The notes below the pieces were generated by a model. It did no database searches. It saw only the letters and a list, made by a program, of their open reading frames with translations, and was not told the DNA's origin. This document shows positions 37,645 to 50,477 of a stretch of 64,000 nucleotides of DNA, piece by piece. Position numbers and translations under genes: made by a program. The stretch is taken from NCBI GenBank assembly GCA_965644295.1, contig CBFFRP010000268.1, forward strand, positions 51,391-115,390, read 5' to 3'. Position 1 is the first letter of the stretch. Each line of letters opens with the position of its first letter. Source of the stretch: Paraphysomonas bandaiensis. Lineage: Eukaryota > Protista > Chrysophyceae.

Positions 37645-38764
37645 ATGTCAAAGAGTGCAGGAGCAGCTGATGATCCTTTTTATGCCGTAAGAGAGTAAGT
37701 AATGATTATATGACTATATTTCATTGTATTTATATCTTATGATGTATAGTAATGTTCAAACTTATGTCGATCGAATAAAGATACGTCACGAGAAGTTTCA
37801 AGACCTCGTATTCAATTCCAACACTGCCAATAATAGCGAATTTAAGGATGTTAGGAAAGGTAGTATATAAATTGCGAGTATATATGGCTCTCATGTTTGA
37901 ATTACAGGCCTGATTAAAGATATTCGTACAGCAGACAAACAAATTAAAGATCTCAAAGGCGCTGTCGAAATGGTGTGTATTTCGTTGCCATCTTGTCCGT
38001 ATAGTATATTTTGTTAGTTACATAATGTTACAGGCCGATAGAAATCGTGATAAATTTCAGCACATTAGCAACTCGGAGTTGACCCAGCGAAAGAGATTTG
38101 TTGAGGATATGAGCAAAGAAATTAGTGGTGAGTACCCGTCAAGTTTCGAGCTTTGTAGTGCATGGACTCCTGTACAGTCGGATATTGCTCATTAGTATAC
38201 TGTTGACCTTTTATGTGTCTGATGTTCTTTCTATCGGATTTCGATTTTGTTAGAGGTGAGAGCATCCATGGAGTCTCCATCCGTGCGCAGAAAGCTTGAA
38301 GACGATGAAAATAAAGCGAAGCGCACAGTACACGACGAGAGTCTCGGGGCAGTAACTGGAATCGAGAGGGAGAATACTCATTTCGTACGGGGACAGATGC
38401 AGGAGACCAAGGAAATGATTGGACAACAGGATGTGCAGTTGGACTCACTAGGACAGGCTGTCGACCGATTAGGTGGTATGGGGAGAACAATCAATACGGA
38501 GCTGAAGGAGCAAAATAAGATGCTGAATGAGCTGGATAGAGACCTCGACGACGCTGGTGAAAAGATGAATTTTGTTATGGCAAAGCTGTCAAAGCTCCTG
38601 AAGACCAAAGATGGATGCCAGATATGGACCATCGTCATCCTTGCATTGGTTCTTGTCATTCTAGGTAAGCGCTTTGTAATGCGCTTAGTGTGTGTTTCGT
38701 TTCAGATTATGTTATCTGTGTCGAACTAATATTTTGTGCAGTTGGATTAACCATATTCCTCTAA
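37645..38764 (+). CDS. STX6: Syntaxin-6/SYP61-like Qc-SNARE; multi-exon
   Basis: N-terminal DDPFYAVR (Syntaxin-6_N); ISNSELTQRKRFV; SNARE motif QQDVQLDSLGQAVDRL...ELKEQNKMLNEL; C-terminal TM WTIVILALVLVILVGLTIFL*. Confidence 0.88.
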
Positions 38765-39322
38765 CGGAGGTGGAGTATTATGAAGTTTGATGAATTTCTC
38801 CGCATACCTATCTAAATTAGTATAATGTTGATGAACGTGCCGAATAGACCTAGCTATGGTATTCGTCCACTATTCTGAGAGAGCGTTACTTGTGGTCTGA
38901 TATTTCGAAAGTAATAAAAATGTAGTTCTAATATAATCTTTCTTTTGGAAGACCGGGTCTCGCCTTTTCTATTATATTCCAAGCTTTATTTATAATTTTG
39001 AAATAGCATACATTCTGTCGTGATGAGTAATGTGGTGTGTTGAGTGTTGATGACGTGGAAAGTGTTGTTAAATCGTGTTGCAGATAGGCCTAATCGAATA
39101 TTAACTGACGCTAAATGTATTGTGTATGAAACCTGCATTATATAGGTTTAAACGGGAGGATATCGGAATTATGCTTACTACACAAATATTTCAAGAATAA
39201 GGTTCGAAGGATATCCTTGCCGTATACATCACAGAGTACTGTTCTAAATTCCCTTCAAAAGCGCTATGGTTGGCGTTATTTTGAACACGTGATACAAAAT
39301 ATATTATTAACACAAGCTTCCA

Positions 39323-40102
39323 TCAGCTTGCTTGAACGGCTATTCTACTTTTAATATCATTTAAGACTTTACTAATATCGCGTGCAACATCTTTAGAACC
39401 CTTTGAGCTATCAAATAGATGCACATCAGTACCAAACACTCCAATGATATCAGCTACAGTTTCTTCGTGAATTCGATACCGCTTTTCCAATATTTCCTTG
39501 CTATCATCTGGTCTCTGCTCTAATCTACTGGCGACTTCGCTAGGAGGAGGGTTAAAATCTTTATGGTATACTTTCTTAGTGACTGGATCCACTAGACGTC
39601 CCATCCCGCGCTGTAGCACTAAGTCTAATGGAGTATTTAGTACAACCACGGCATCAGGTCGCAATACTGGTTCCTCGAGGGCAGCCTCTGCCTGTTCCTT
39701 GGAACGAGGGTAACCATCCAACAACCACCCGTGCTTCCTATAGTCTGGTAATGATAGCTTGGTCCCAATTATTGTGGTCGTGAATTTCTCGGGTACTAAT
39801 TCGCCTTTTCTTAAAAACTTAGCAATATACGTAGCATCATACATCGGAAGATTCGCAAATTGTCGAAGAACATCACCACATGACACTTGTTTCAATCCAT
39901 GTTCGGCAGCAATTAATTCACCAATTGTACCCTTTCCTGAGCACGGTGGACCGAGAATCATAACTTTGAGGGGTGAAGTTGAGTCAGGTTTAGGAATCTT
40001 ATTGCCTGCAAATATGGAACTACTCCATAAGTGATTAGAATTATGTAACCTGAAAGATGATACAGCTGCTATGCAGAGGACAAGTATAAGCGTGTTGAGC
40101 AT
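39323..40102 (-). CDS. Adenylate kinase, predicted complex-plastid-targeted
   Basis: P-loop GPPCSGKGT, GWLLDGYPR, GRLVDPVTKKVYH and QRPDD. Signal peptide MLNTLILVLCIAAVSS followed by F and a transit-like region. Confidence 0.92.
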   Translation of the reverse strand: MLNTLILVLCIAAVSSFRLHNSNHLWSSSIFAGNKIPKPDSTSPLKVMILGPPCSGKGTIGELIAAEHGLKQVSCGDVLRQFANLPMYDATYIAKFLRKGELVPEKFTTTIIGTKLSLPDYRKHGWLLDGYPRSKEQAEAALEEPVLRPDAVVVLNTPLDLVLQRGMGRLVDPVTKKVYHKDFNPPPSEVASRLEQRPDDSKEILEKRYRIHEETVADIIGVFGTDVHLFDSSKGSKDVARDISKVLNDIKSRIAVQAS

Positions 40103-40699
40103 CTTACTGGTCAATTTTAATCTAGATCTATCAGAAAATATATATCAGATAGGCTGACATTGTCTGCGTTGAATATAGTCGCCGAGAGGCAGGATGTATA
40201 TATGTGTGATCTCATGTAATAACTTGCATAGCAGAGCCGCATATATGTACACTGGAGTATGTATATACTACAGCATCTCACTGGCACAGTATTCTGCCGT
40301 ATAACATATACTACTGCTGTATACTGTATGAGCAGAAACCTGGAATACGGTAGTATTTTTTGTATACAAGTGTAATATATTTGAATATGTTAGCTATAAG
40401 ATCTTGTGTAGAGTATCCACCTACAGCAGTATACATATATATATATATATATGTACATACAAGCAGTGCATATATATACAGCATGCACTGTATGTTACCA
40501 TAGCCGTACATACATTTCCATACATAACATCACCACATCTATTGCACCTCTAATCAATAGAATAACGAAACCAATAGTACAGTAATAGAGATTATCCCTC
40601 TACTCCTATCATCATTGAGAGTATCGTTGCATGTCAAGTAACTAGTGAATTAATTCTGATTAGTTATACTCTACTTTATTATTACTGTTTAGAAGTAGT

Positions 40700-43600
40700 A
40701 TGTTTGATATTCAACAGAGTGCTAATCGATTACAGAATGCTGCAACAAGTTCTGAGAGAATTAATGCTCTTAAGCAGTTACAGGTATATGATTATATGAT
40801 AATAATAACATTTACAATTGAATTATGATTTATTTGTAGAAACTGTCCAAAGAGAACTGTCAAGATGTGGGGAATATAGCAATGGAATTGATTCTAGATT
40901 TGCTTAAAGAACATGGTGATTCGGATGAATACATTGAAGCACTAGAGCTTGTATCGAAACTTGTTAAACCGAAAGCAGGAGAGGCTGCGAAGGTGAATGC
41001 ATTAAAAATACTTGAAGATGCCATGAAAATAGAGTTACTCTTGGATTTACTTGAGCATGAAGACGGGCTTGTCGGGGTAATGGCAAGTGAGATACTGACC
41101 AATATCCATACCATTGCAGGGGAAGATCTGGAGAAAACCATACAAGATTGCCCAGCTGGTATGACAAAACTACTCAATCGGATGCCTGACAGGACAAGAG
41201 AAGAAGTCAGCAACCAGGCCATTATTTTAATAAGACAGCTAACTTCAAGCAACGAAGAAATGAAAAAGACTGTTGCCTTTAACGAGGTTGTTTTTTGTAA
41301 CTTTGGCTTCTTTTAGTTTTTGTTAATCTTTGCTTTTCAGGGATTCGAGACTTTGTTTGGTATTATGGAAAGTGAAGGCGGATGCAAAGAGGCTGGGGCA
41401 GTTGTCCAGGATTGCCTACAAATATGTACAAATGTGCTAGATAACAGTGAAACTTGTCAGAGACTGTTCTATGGCATGGGAGGGGGGTGGCACAATCGCC
41501 TACTGGACTTTTTTTCTCCAATGTCAGTGGAACAATTTTCCAGTAGACCGGAATCTCATGGAGAAGGGAACGAAGATGAGGATATGTATGGGCCTGTGGG
41601 CCCATGGTACGAGCAGCCAGGCCGACTAAAGTGTGCAATTCTTGCATTGGAGGCATTTTCTGCTTCTATGAGCACTTCGAATGCTTATGAAAAGGTGCTG
41701 GTCAATTCTGTAGATGAAGTTACTGGAGCCTGTGGGCACTGGGTAATTCGTGGAGGTCCAGCAGAAATGCTGCTTCTCTGTCTGCGCATACTTGAGCAAT
41801 TAGCATCCGCTTCAACCCCTGTTTTTGCCCAGCGGATGTTCGACGTGCTGATGCGGTTTGTCCCTTCGGTCGCTGGTGTTCACTTGCCATTCAGTGGATC
41901 CACTCCTCTAGTATTCAGTTGGAAGCTGATACCAACAGATGATCGACGTATGATATCACTTGTAAATCTGCTGGCCGAACAGTACATATTCCCATCGAAG
42001 GCTTGGTGGGGCCATGAGTCTAGTACTCGGAGTGATGTTAGAGAGGGAACTCTTGTGCGAAGAGGTGATTACATGGTGGGGAGTGAGTTTTGGATGGGTG
42101 CTCTGAAGGTTTTGCAACGCATGCTGGCAGCAGATGAAGCTACAAGCGGGATGGTAATGCAGCATGTGCTGGCTCCCCCTCCACCCCCCAGCGCTATGGA
42201 CGGGGAAATGGGCTTGGATATGGGCATGCCTGTTGAAGCTGTACAGATGGACCTTGGTGGAGTTGTTTTCGGAGTTCTACTGAACAGCATAGAGCGGTTA
42301 GTTGCTAGGGCTGGAGGGGCCACTGCTGGAGCTCAAATTCTCCAATCTGATGTTGCCGCTGCTATCCGTGCTGCAAATGTATTGTCACTTGTGCTTCTTC
42401 ATGGCGGGTTGCTGGCCAGTGAACTATGTACAGCTATATATACATTTCATCTCTCTTCCCACCGCACAGCACTGGATCCCTCTGCTGCGTCACTATCGGC
42501 CCATGCAGAAACAGGATCCCCCATACTTCCCTACCTATTGTCCCTATGCTCAAGAGTGGTGCGTGTGCCAGGAGTAGGATTTACTGTAGCTGCAGCTGTT
42601 TTGCGGCTTCTAACCTCCGCAGCGAGTGGATGTGAGCGAGCTACATGCCAGGTCAGTACACGGCTCAAACTCTATGCATATGTTACTAATGCAGTGTAAC
42701 TCGGTAGATGCTGGACGATCCAACTAATTTTTTCATTGTGGATCTGGCTACTCGTTCGAGTGAAGGTGCTGGGGTACCTGAAAATATGCAGGTTGTTTGC
42801 TGCCTGTTCTTGGGAGCATGTTTCGATTCGTTTGGTCCGGATACTCACAATTCTACTGAGGGAGTTGGAGTCGATGCAGAAAGTAGACTGTGTAGGAGAT
42901 CGATATTAACTATGATCGACTCTAAAATTGGTTTATCTCGGTACAGTGATATCCTGAAGCGCCCACTTGGGAAGGCTCCCCGCTCAGGCTCTACAGTGCC
43001 TGCATTGGACAGTAGCACTAGTCCTGAAGAACTCTTTTTCTGTGAATCGTATCGAACTTTTTATATATCACAAGTTGACAGCATTCGCTCAGCTATATTT
43101 GATTTTTATAGTGGTTCTGCTCCCGGAGAGGAATCGGCGGAGGGACAGGTTATTAAGATGCAGAAAGAAACAATTGCTCAGTTGGAGCACGAGCTGGAAA
43201 GAATGCGTGGAGGGGAGGTGGTATCGTCAACTGCAAATGAGTCTGTGAGTGACGATGAGATTAGCGCACTGAAACAACGGCTTGCTGCTATGGAGTCTGA
43301 GCTGTCAGCACAAACTGAGCTTAATGAGATGTTGGAGGAAACGTGCAGAGAGAAAGAGGAAACGATCGAGAGCATGTCTCAGAGTGAGACTGCTCTGGTT
43401 CAAGAATTAGAGGAAATTCGGTCGAGAGCAGAAGCTGCGGAGGCAGAACTGATATCCAGCAAGGATAAATATGCCGCTATATTAAAGGAAAAGGCTGGGA
43501 ATGGTGTACACTCGCAAGGCCAAGTAATTCCAGAGCAAATTAATTTGAAATTACAGAATTTGGAAGCAGAAAATGAAAAGTTGAGATTGCATATGCAGTC

Positions 43601-46600
43601 TTATGAGGTAGGAAATGGAGATAGTCAAGAGCTACTAGCATCAAAAGACCAGGAAATATTGAAATTGAAGGAGAAAGTCGTGAATCTAGTGGAAGGAAAG
43701 AAAAGCCTTGCTGAGGAGGTAGATGTACTGAATCGCAAGCTCATGCTTCTAGAGGAGGACCTACGGACACCAATGCCACACGAGAAGGTGAGCAGCGCCA
43801 AAGTTTCTGAATTGGAAGCTCGAAATGCTAACCTGAAAACCCAAATTTGGGAGTTGGAGTCCAATATTTCGACAATGCGGTCAGCGATGACTTCAGAGTA
43901 CGATGAGCTGAGAGAGTCTGTGGAGCTGCTTGTGTCGCTCTCGGAAATAGAAACCAATGACTACTTTTCTGGTCCGCATGATAGAGGTGGGGATACTTTG
44001 CCCCGAAAGCTCTCCGGGATGTTGCAATACTGTGTAGATGCGCTGGCATACGCTTCTGGGCATTGTAGTGATATGTCAGAAGGAGTAGGTGTGAGTTTTA
44101 AGGGTGATGAGAGTAAGGGTCTCCAGCGACTTATGGAAGCTGTCGGACAGCTTTGTGAGCAAGTACGCGAATACGAAGCTGAAATTAACGAAGAGCAGAG
44201 CTTCAGATCGAAACTGGAAGCTGTGGAGTCCGAAGTGGAAGCTTTACAGGACCTTAATGATGCTGCTCAGCAGCGAATCGAGGAGCTTGAGGCGGAGAAG
44301 ATTCGCACTACTGATGTTCCGAAAATATCGATGTCAGATGATATACTTCGCCTCCAGGAACTCTTAGAACAACGAGATGAAAAAATCATGCAGCTCGAAA
44401 GTGCCTTGGAGTCCGCCACAAGTGGGGATGCTGACCATGTAGCTGCACTAGAGCAGGAGGTAAAATTACTTCTTGAAAAGCTTTCTGTGGAGTCGGAGCG
44501 AAATGAATCGTTGCATTCCGAAACGTTATCTCTGAATAACACTATTGATTCCCTGAACGCAGATCTCAAGAAAGCATTGGATGAATTACACATGAGGCCT
44601 GCCCCCTCGAGCCCTTCGTTAGAAGAGTTTACATCGTTGCAGGCGGATTTGAACGCTGCAGTCGACGCAAATGGAGTTCTATCATCTGAGATTGAAGCAT
44701 ACCGTGAGAAGATTCGTCGTGTAGATGAAGAGTTGGCTGATGCTGTGAGACAACTGGAGGAGAAATCTCATGCTTGTAAAGTATTGGAGGAAGCAGTCGA
44801 ATCTTTTCGAGATGCCGAAGAGCAAAAAAATCAGAGTAATTCTGGAGCATCGAGCACTGTTGCTGCTGAGAACGCCGTGCTCGCTGAACAGATTAGAGAG
44901 CTAGAAGCTACATTGTTGTCGAAGTCACAGACTATAGAGAAGTTAGGTGCCGAACTTGATGTCAAATCTGAAGAATATATCGATATTTCTAAAACGCTGG
45001 ATAGCTACAAGGAATCGATTGCTAATTGTAAAGCCGACACTGCGAGCCTTGAGGACAAGGTACATGAACTAACTGCAGAAATGATAATTCTAGCAGAGAA
45101 TAAAAAGGGTTTGGAAGATCAGCTACGAATGAAAACGGATGAGAATTCAACTTTGAAGGATACCGTTCAATCCCTCGCAGATCAGATTGACATACTGAAA
45201 TCTGATCAACTAAGCCTGAATGATGAAATAAGAAGACTGCAGGATCTGATAAAGTCGAAAGATGAAGATATTGATGCGTTAAAGTCTCAAGAAAAACTAA
45301 CGGAACAAATTCAAAGTTCAGCGGCACTCGTCGAGCGCGAATTGACCAACTTGAAGGAAGAGTTGTCTGCAGCTTACAGTAATAACGAGTCGCTGACGAT
45401 GGAACTTCAGTCTTGCAAAGAGAAGTCCTCTTCTCTGGATGCTGAGATCATAGAAATTTCTCGACTTTTAAATGAAAAAACGCAAGCACATGATATCTTG
45501 CTGAAAGAGTGTGAAGAATATCGCGAGGAAATAATAAGCTCTATCGCACTGAAGGAGTCTATTAGTCGTCTCGAGACTGACAAGGTTCAACTTATGGCCG
45601 AGATCGAGGAAATGAAGGTTGTGGCACAGAAAGGGGAGAATGATAGGGAGAAAGTACGGAAAGAAGTTATGTCCGCATTGGAAGCGGAATATGCTGACCG
45701 CCTGACCTCTGCAGATGAAGCAGCTTATTTGACGCGAGAACAGCTAAGGAAGGCAGAGCTTGAGCTGGAGAGCATTAAGGAGTCCAATACTTCGTTACAG
45801 GATCAACTGAATGACGCGAGAGAATTGGCAGAAGGATATGAATCGGCCTTACAGGCAAGAGACGAAGATATGGAAGCGTTGAAGAAATCACTTGAAGCGA
45901 AAGCAATTGAGCACAATCGACTCTTAGAAAGTTTTTTGTCGCAAAAAGAGAAATTAGCCGCTGCAACATCTGGAGAGACATTCTCTACAGCAGATAAGAT
46001 TCGATTGGAATCAGAGAAGTCTGACTTGATGGAGAAAGTTGCGACTCTGAAAGAGCAGCTCAGTCGATGCGAACTACAGTGCCAAGAACTCATTGAAGAT
46101 GTGAACATCAAGAATGGTAAGATATCCGGGTATGATTTAGTTATCCGAAATCTAGAAGGCGAAATCAACGGGCTGGTAGAGAGTAAAGAGTCCACGGAAG
46201 ACTCGTACAAAGCAAGTCTGCAAGATTTGGAAGAGAAACTTGCTGATACAAGTGCAGCCTACGCTAAGCTGCAAGGTGATAATGCGAATATGCAAGCTTC
46301 CATGCAGGAAGCACTACAAGGATACAAAGTGGAATTGGAAGACTGTAAAAGCGCACTAAAATCTTTGGAACAAAAGGAAGCAAGCCTATTAAGGTGTGTT
46401 GTTTGCGATATGTGTATAGCGTGTATAAATACATGACAGGCAAGTAGAGAGCTTTTCCAAATTTTCTCAGGATATCCGTCACTACTTTCACGAAGTTGCT
46501 GGAAGTCTTCCAGATAACGTATGCTGTAATCTACAGCAAACGGTTCAGGAGTCCAATACTGTGGAATCAATATTGCGTTACGTGAAGGATGTATCGAGAG

Positions 46601-47197
46601 AGGTAATAGAATACTATGCAGACAAAATTCAGCAACAAAAAGTATCCTTGGAAGTAAAGGAGAATAGCATTCGTGAGTGTGATAAGAAGATTCATGAGCT
46701 AGAGCAAACACTAGAGGTATGTAGAGGAGTACACATATTAGTTAATTAATTCACCAGCTTTTGCTCAGAAGAGTAAAAAGTCAGATTCTGTAACCACTGT
46801 CTCTAAGTTGACTCCTTCAAAAAATACACCAGCTGGTGGCGGACCAGTGTCAGATGTAGTCCGGATTGCTTCCCCTGCTGCCTTAAAGGATACTGCGAGG
46901 TTACATACGGAGCTCAGAAAAGAGGTACGCTACAGTGGTTGTATTTTTGTTTTGACTACTTTTAACACGAGTCGACAGAGGCAGCGCCTGCATGCGTTGC
47001 AAGAGCAGCATAACGACCTTTTGGGTCTTCTCGCACAGCAGGAAGTTGAATTGAGAGTGTTTCGATCCAAACTTTGGAGTGTGGGTGGCTCGTGCGCTTG
47101 TGATGATGCTGAAGATGAGGCTCGCCGGGTGGCTATGGAGAGATATGGATCGTACATATCGTTTCGAAATCCCGGCTCGTCTGGAGATACCATATAA
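40700..47197 (+). CDS. USO1: USO1/p115-like Golgi vesicle tethering protein; multi-exon
   Basis: Armadillo head (RLQNAATSSERINAL, IQDCPAGMTKLL, REEVSNQAII, MKKTVAFNEGFETLFGIMESEGG, VVQDCLQ, CQRLF); a very long coiled coil in ORF 42708-46436; C-terminal EQHNDLLGLLAQQE. Confidence 0.85.
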
Positions 47198-48087
47198 TGT
47201 GTGTGATATAATAGTTTGTTAGTCGTTTAGTCATGTGTAGGGTTACGTAAGTAAGCAGCAGAATAAATTCATGAAAATTCTGTCTAGTCGTTGTGAAATC
47301 CCAATTTTATTGTGGCGTACTTTAGTATGAGTGATTCTTAGGTCGATGTCTAATGAAGTATGAGATATTAAGTATAAATTGTCCAACTACATTGTATTCA
47401 AATAATAGCAATTATGCAGTGTAAGGTTTTCGAATAATACTCATTGGTGAAGACTAAATGCTGTTTTATTCGATATAATGATATGATATCTACTGAATAT
47501 ATTTAATACAGTGACTATTGTCTAAAGTTGGTGGTTTATTGTTTATTGTTTATTGTGACTGGTTAAACGAGGAATTAGTAATTACAGCAAGTTGCAATGA
47601 ATGATGAAAAACGGTAGTGCTAATCTTTGCTGATACGGATGAATATTATTTCTTACAGATTGGGTTCTATTAAATAAAATCATGTAAGTTATATAGTTAT
47701 ATTTAACCACGCGTTACAAAAAGGCTATATCGTCCAGCGTTCAAAATTTTGAAACAAGTGCTAAACGCACGAGTTTGGACATTTGGACAAGGGGCGATAC
47801 TTCTTATCGATAGATCAATTGTATGTTGATATCCTAATATATCTAGAAGAAATAGGTGTTCCCGACGATTAGCATCAAGAAAACAATGAAACATCAAATA
47901 TTGTTTGTATCTACAGAGATGTGATTAACTCAAAAACTATAATTCCCTAAATTTCAATAATAGCTGTAACAAATGTATCTTTCCCGCAGAAGGAATAGCC
48001 ACTGCGAGGTATTGAATTCGTACAAGGCTTCTCGTTATCCTGGTTGGTATAGTCATCACATTGATGAACACTATCAAGTATTGAATA

Positions 48088-48530
48088 TCTTATTATTAGC
48101 AATATAGGCGTTAAAGAGTCAGTGCTTGGCTCTGATATCCTACTATTCAACGCTACGAAAGCTGCTTGTGCATCCTACCAAGCACCAAGGTGCAACTACT
48201 TTCGCTCTATCACTCAAAGCAAATTCAGCGAGAAAGCATAATGTTGATATATACCTGACATCTGTCTCTTTAAGGTGAATAGCCCGGATGCTTGACTTCA
48301 GTAGGGAGCCCACTACCCCGGATGCCCTTAAAGTGAGCCCATTTCCGAATGCCTGTTTATTCGATAAGGCCCAAAGACGTCTACACAAGCATTTGGCTAT
48401 GAGAGGGCAGAAAATTATCTGCGGTTTATGTGTGCATATGCGCGGCTCAGGGTATTTTCCCGGAGAAAAATCTTCGGTACTTAAAAACAGACACAAGGCC
48501 GACTTTGTTGAGGGTGAATACTGTTTGCAT
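48088..48530 (-). repeat. Dispersed repeat family, copy B (empty-site copy)
   Basis: Homologous to 6775-7425 (inverted) and to 63841-63985 (direct: CTCTGATATCCTACTA.T.AACGCTAC.AAAGCT). Confidence 0.85.
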
Positions 48531-49291
48531 GATAATCACGACGTTCCAAACCCCGAAAGAACTGGGTGTCACTTCTCCAATCGCCTTCTGCATTAGATGT
48601 GATACTCTCTAGCAGTATTATTCTTGCCGTATAGTTTCGAAGTCTTCTGGTTATTTATATAGAAAAACTTGCACTGACATCATTATGATCTTCTATATTA
48701 AACGAAGGATTGACTTATCATTTTGTAATTGTGCTTTCCCCAAAACCGCTTAATGTAATGTAATGACGAATGACTGTCTATATTATAATTAAGACAAGAG
48801 AGAGCGTCAATATTTCCTATATGCTAATATGAGCGTTCTGTTGAACCCAAAAAAGCTTTTCTAGACGAAATCGGTATAATTGTTAACAATAAATGCTGTA
48901 TGCTTTTTAACAGTGGTAAGCACTATTCTGTATCCGTTGGTATTCTACAACAGCTACCAGATATCAATATATATTATTAACTTCCAGAAAAATAAATCGT
49001 TTTAGCTTTATTGCAAAGTATTTTATATCTACTCCATTGGTTGCTACACATCATTGATAGATAATAGATAGTCGTTATATTTTCCTCATCTACTAGTTAA
49101 AAATTACTCGTCATAATTTCTGAAAACTTGTGAGCTATCTTTCATGTACTATGCATCTGTACACTACAATTAATTCAATTTAGATATAAGGCAGTAAATA
49201 AGTTTACTCCTAGTGTATTGTGGTTTCAGCTATCAGCTGTGCAAACAAACACCAGTCAAAAGACAGCAACATATAGCAAACAGCGATACCT

Positions 49292-50035
49292 CTAATGCAC
49301 CTGTTCTTTGGGTGGAAGTCCGTTCATCTTTCTTTCATGAGGAGATAATCCTGCTTCTCCCATGTCCCCGAATCCTAATGCTTTCACCGGAAGAAAGACT
49401 AGACTCACAGCAAAAGCGTTTCGTAAGAGTGCGATCGGCCCTGCCGCAAAAGACCCAAACATGTCCACCATCATCTGAACATGCCACTGTAATCCCATAC
49501 CAATTGTAAGTGGCTTCAGATGAGACGTAACTTGTTCCACCCGCTTGCCATTATGTGCGGGGTTAAATGCGGCATCCACAGCAATATATGAACCAACAGC
49601 TAACCAAGTGTAACAATAGAGGTTAAGTAAAAAAGGTGCTGGAGTAGCTGCAAATGAAACGAGACCAAAGTACTTCACAAATACACTCGTAACAACAATA
49701 TCATAGAAAGCAAGTGATGCCGGAATCATAAACAAATGAGGCAGTCGAGTGCCCCAAAACGGCGAATCAACTTCTCTATTGTCCCAATAGAGTTTATTCA
49801 GTATTCCATAATCAATTTTTGCAGTTGGATGAATTAATGCATTTGATATAAAGTTCGCTCCTAATAACACAATGTATAATTCCGTTACTTTTCTTATAAA
49901 GGACATCTGACGAGGAGCATCTACTCCAGGCACTCCTTTAGGTGGAGAGGTGGTGCATAGCCGTTTGCTTGCACGAGATGGTAGCCATGAGGTTCGTATG
50001 GGAGCTACAAGTCGTGATCGCAATGTAGAAAGCAT
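49292..50035 (-). CDS. Uncharacterised multi-pass membrane protein with a mitochondrial-type presequence
   Basis: 247-aa intact ORF; Arg/Ser-rich, acid-free N-terminus MLSTLRSRLVAPIRTSWLPSRASKRLCTT; 4-5 hydrophobic segments. Family not recognised. Confidence 0.75.
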   Translation of the reverse strand: MLSTLRSRLVAPIRTSWLPSRASKRLCTTSPPKGVPGVDAPRQMSFIRKVTELYIVLLGANFISNALIHPTAKIDYGILNKLYWDNREVDSPFWGTRLPHLFMIPASLAFYDIVVTSVFVKYFGLVSFAATPAPFLLNLYCYTWLAVGSYIAVDAAFNPAHNGKRVEQVTSHLKPLTIGMGLQWHVQMMVDMFGSFAAGPIALLRNAFAVSLVFLPVKALGFGDMGEAGLSPHERKMNGLPPKEQVH

Positions 50036-50477
50036 GAGTGATTGGTGTTGTGGAGTATGGGCAGTTGATTGTGGCTATTGCACACTGTGCGTGATATCTA
50101 ACTTGCATCGTATCTCCAGATGTGCATGTATGTACTCTGTGGTTGTAATATACATACATAGGTACGAATGGGAATCTTTATGGGCATATATACGATAGAA
50201 AGATACGCACAAACACATGCATGTAGTGCACATGTACAGAGGTACAAATTACAAGTATATAGGTACGTCAAGATTAATCTCTCAATACGATATAGCCACA
50301 CCAGCATATACAGCAGTACACCAGTACATACATACATACATATACATATACTGCTCTATAGTGTATACCGTATAGCTATATCCAACATACGCAGTAGCAC
50401 TGCAATACTTCCTCCACAGGCATTAGCTAGCTACTGCCTATATATGTATGTATATCGCTCCTCAATCATGACTAATC

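Noticed and set aside
47640-48090. Short ORFs next to repeat copy B that might be RT/transposase remnants
   Set aside because: No diagnostic catalytic motif could be identified.
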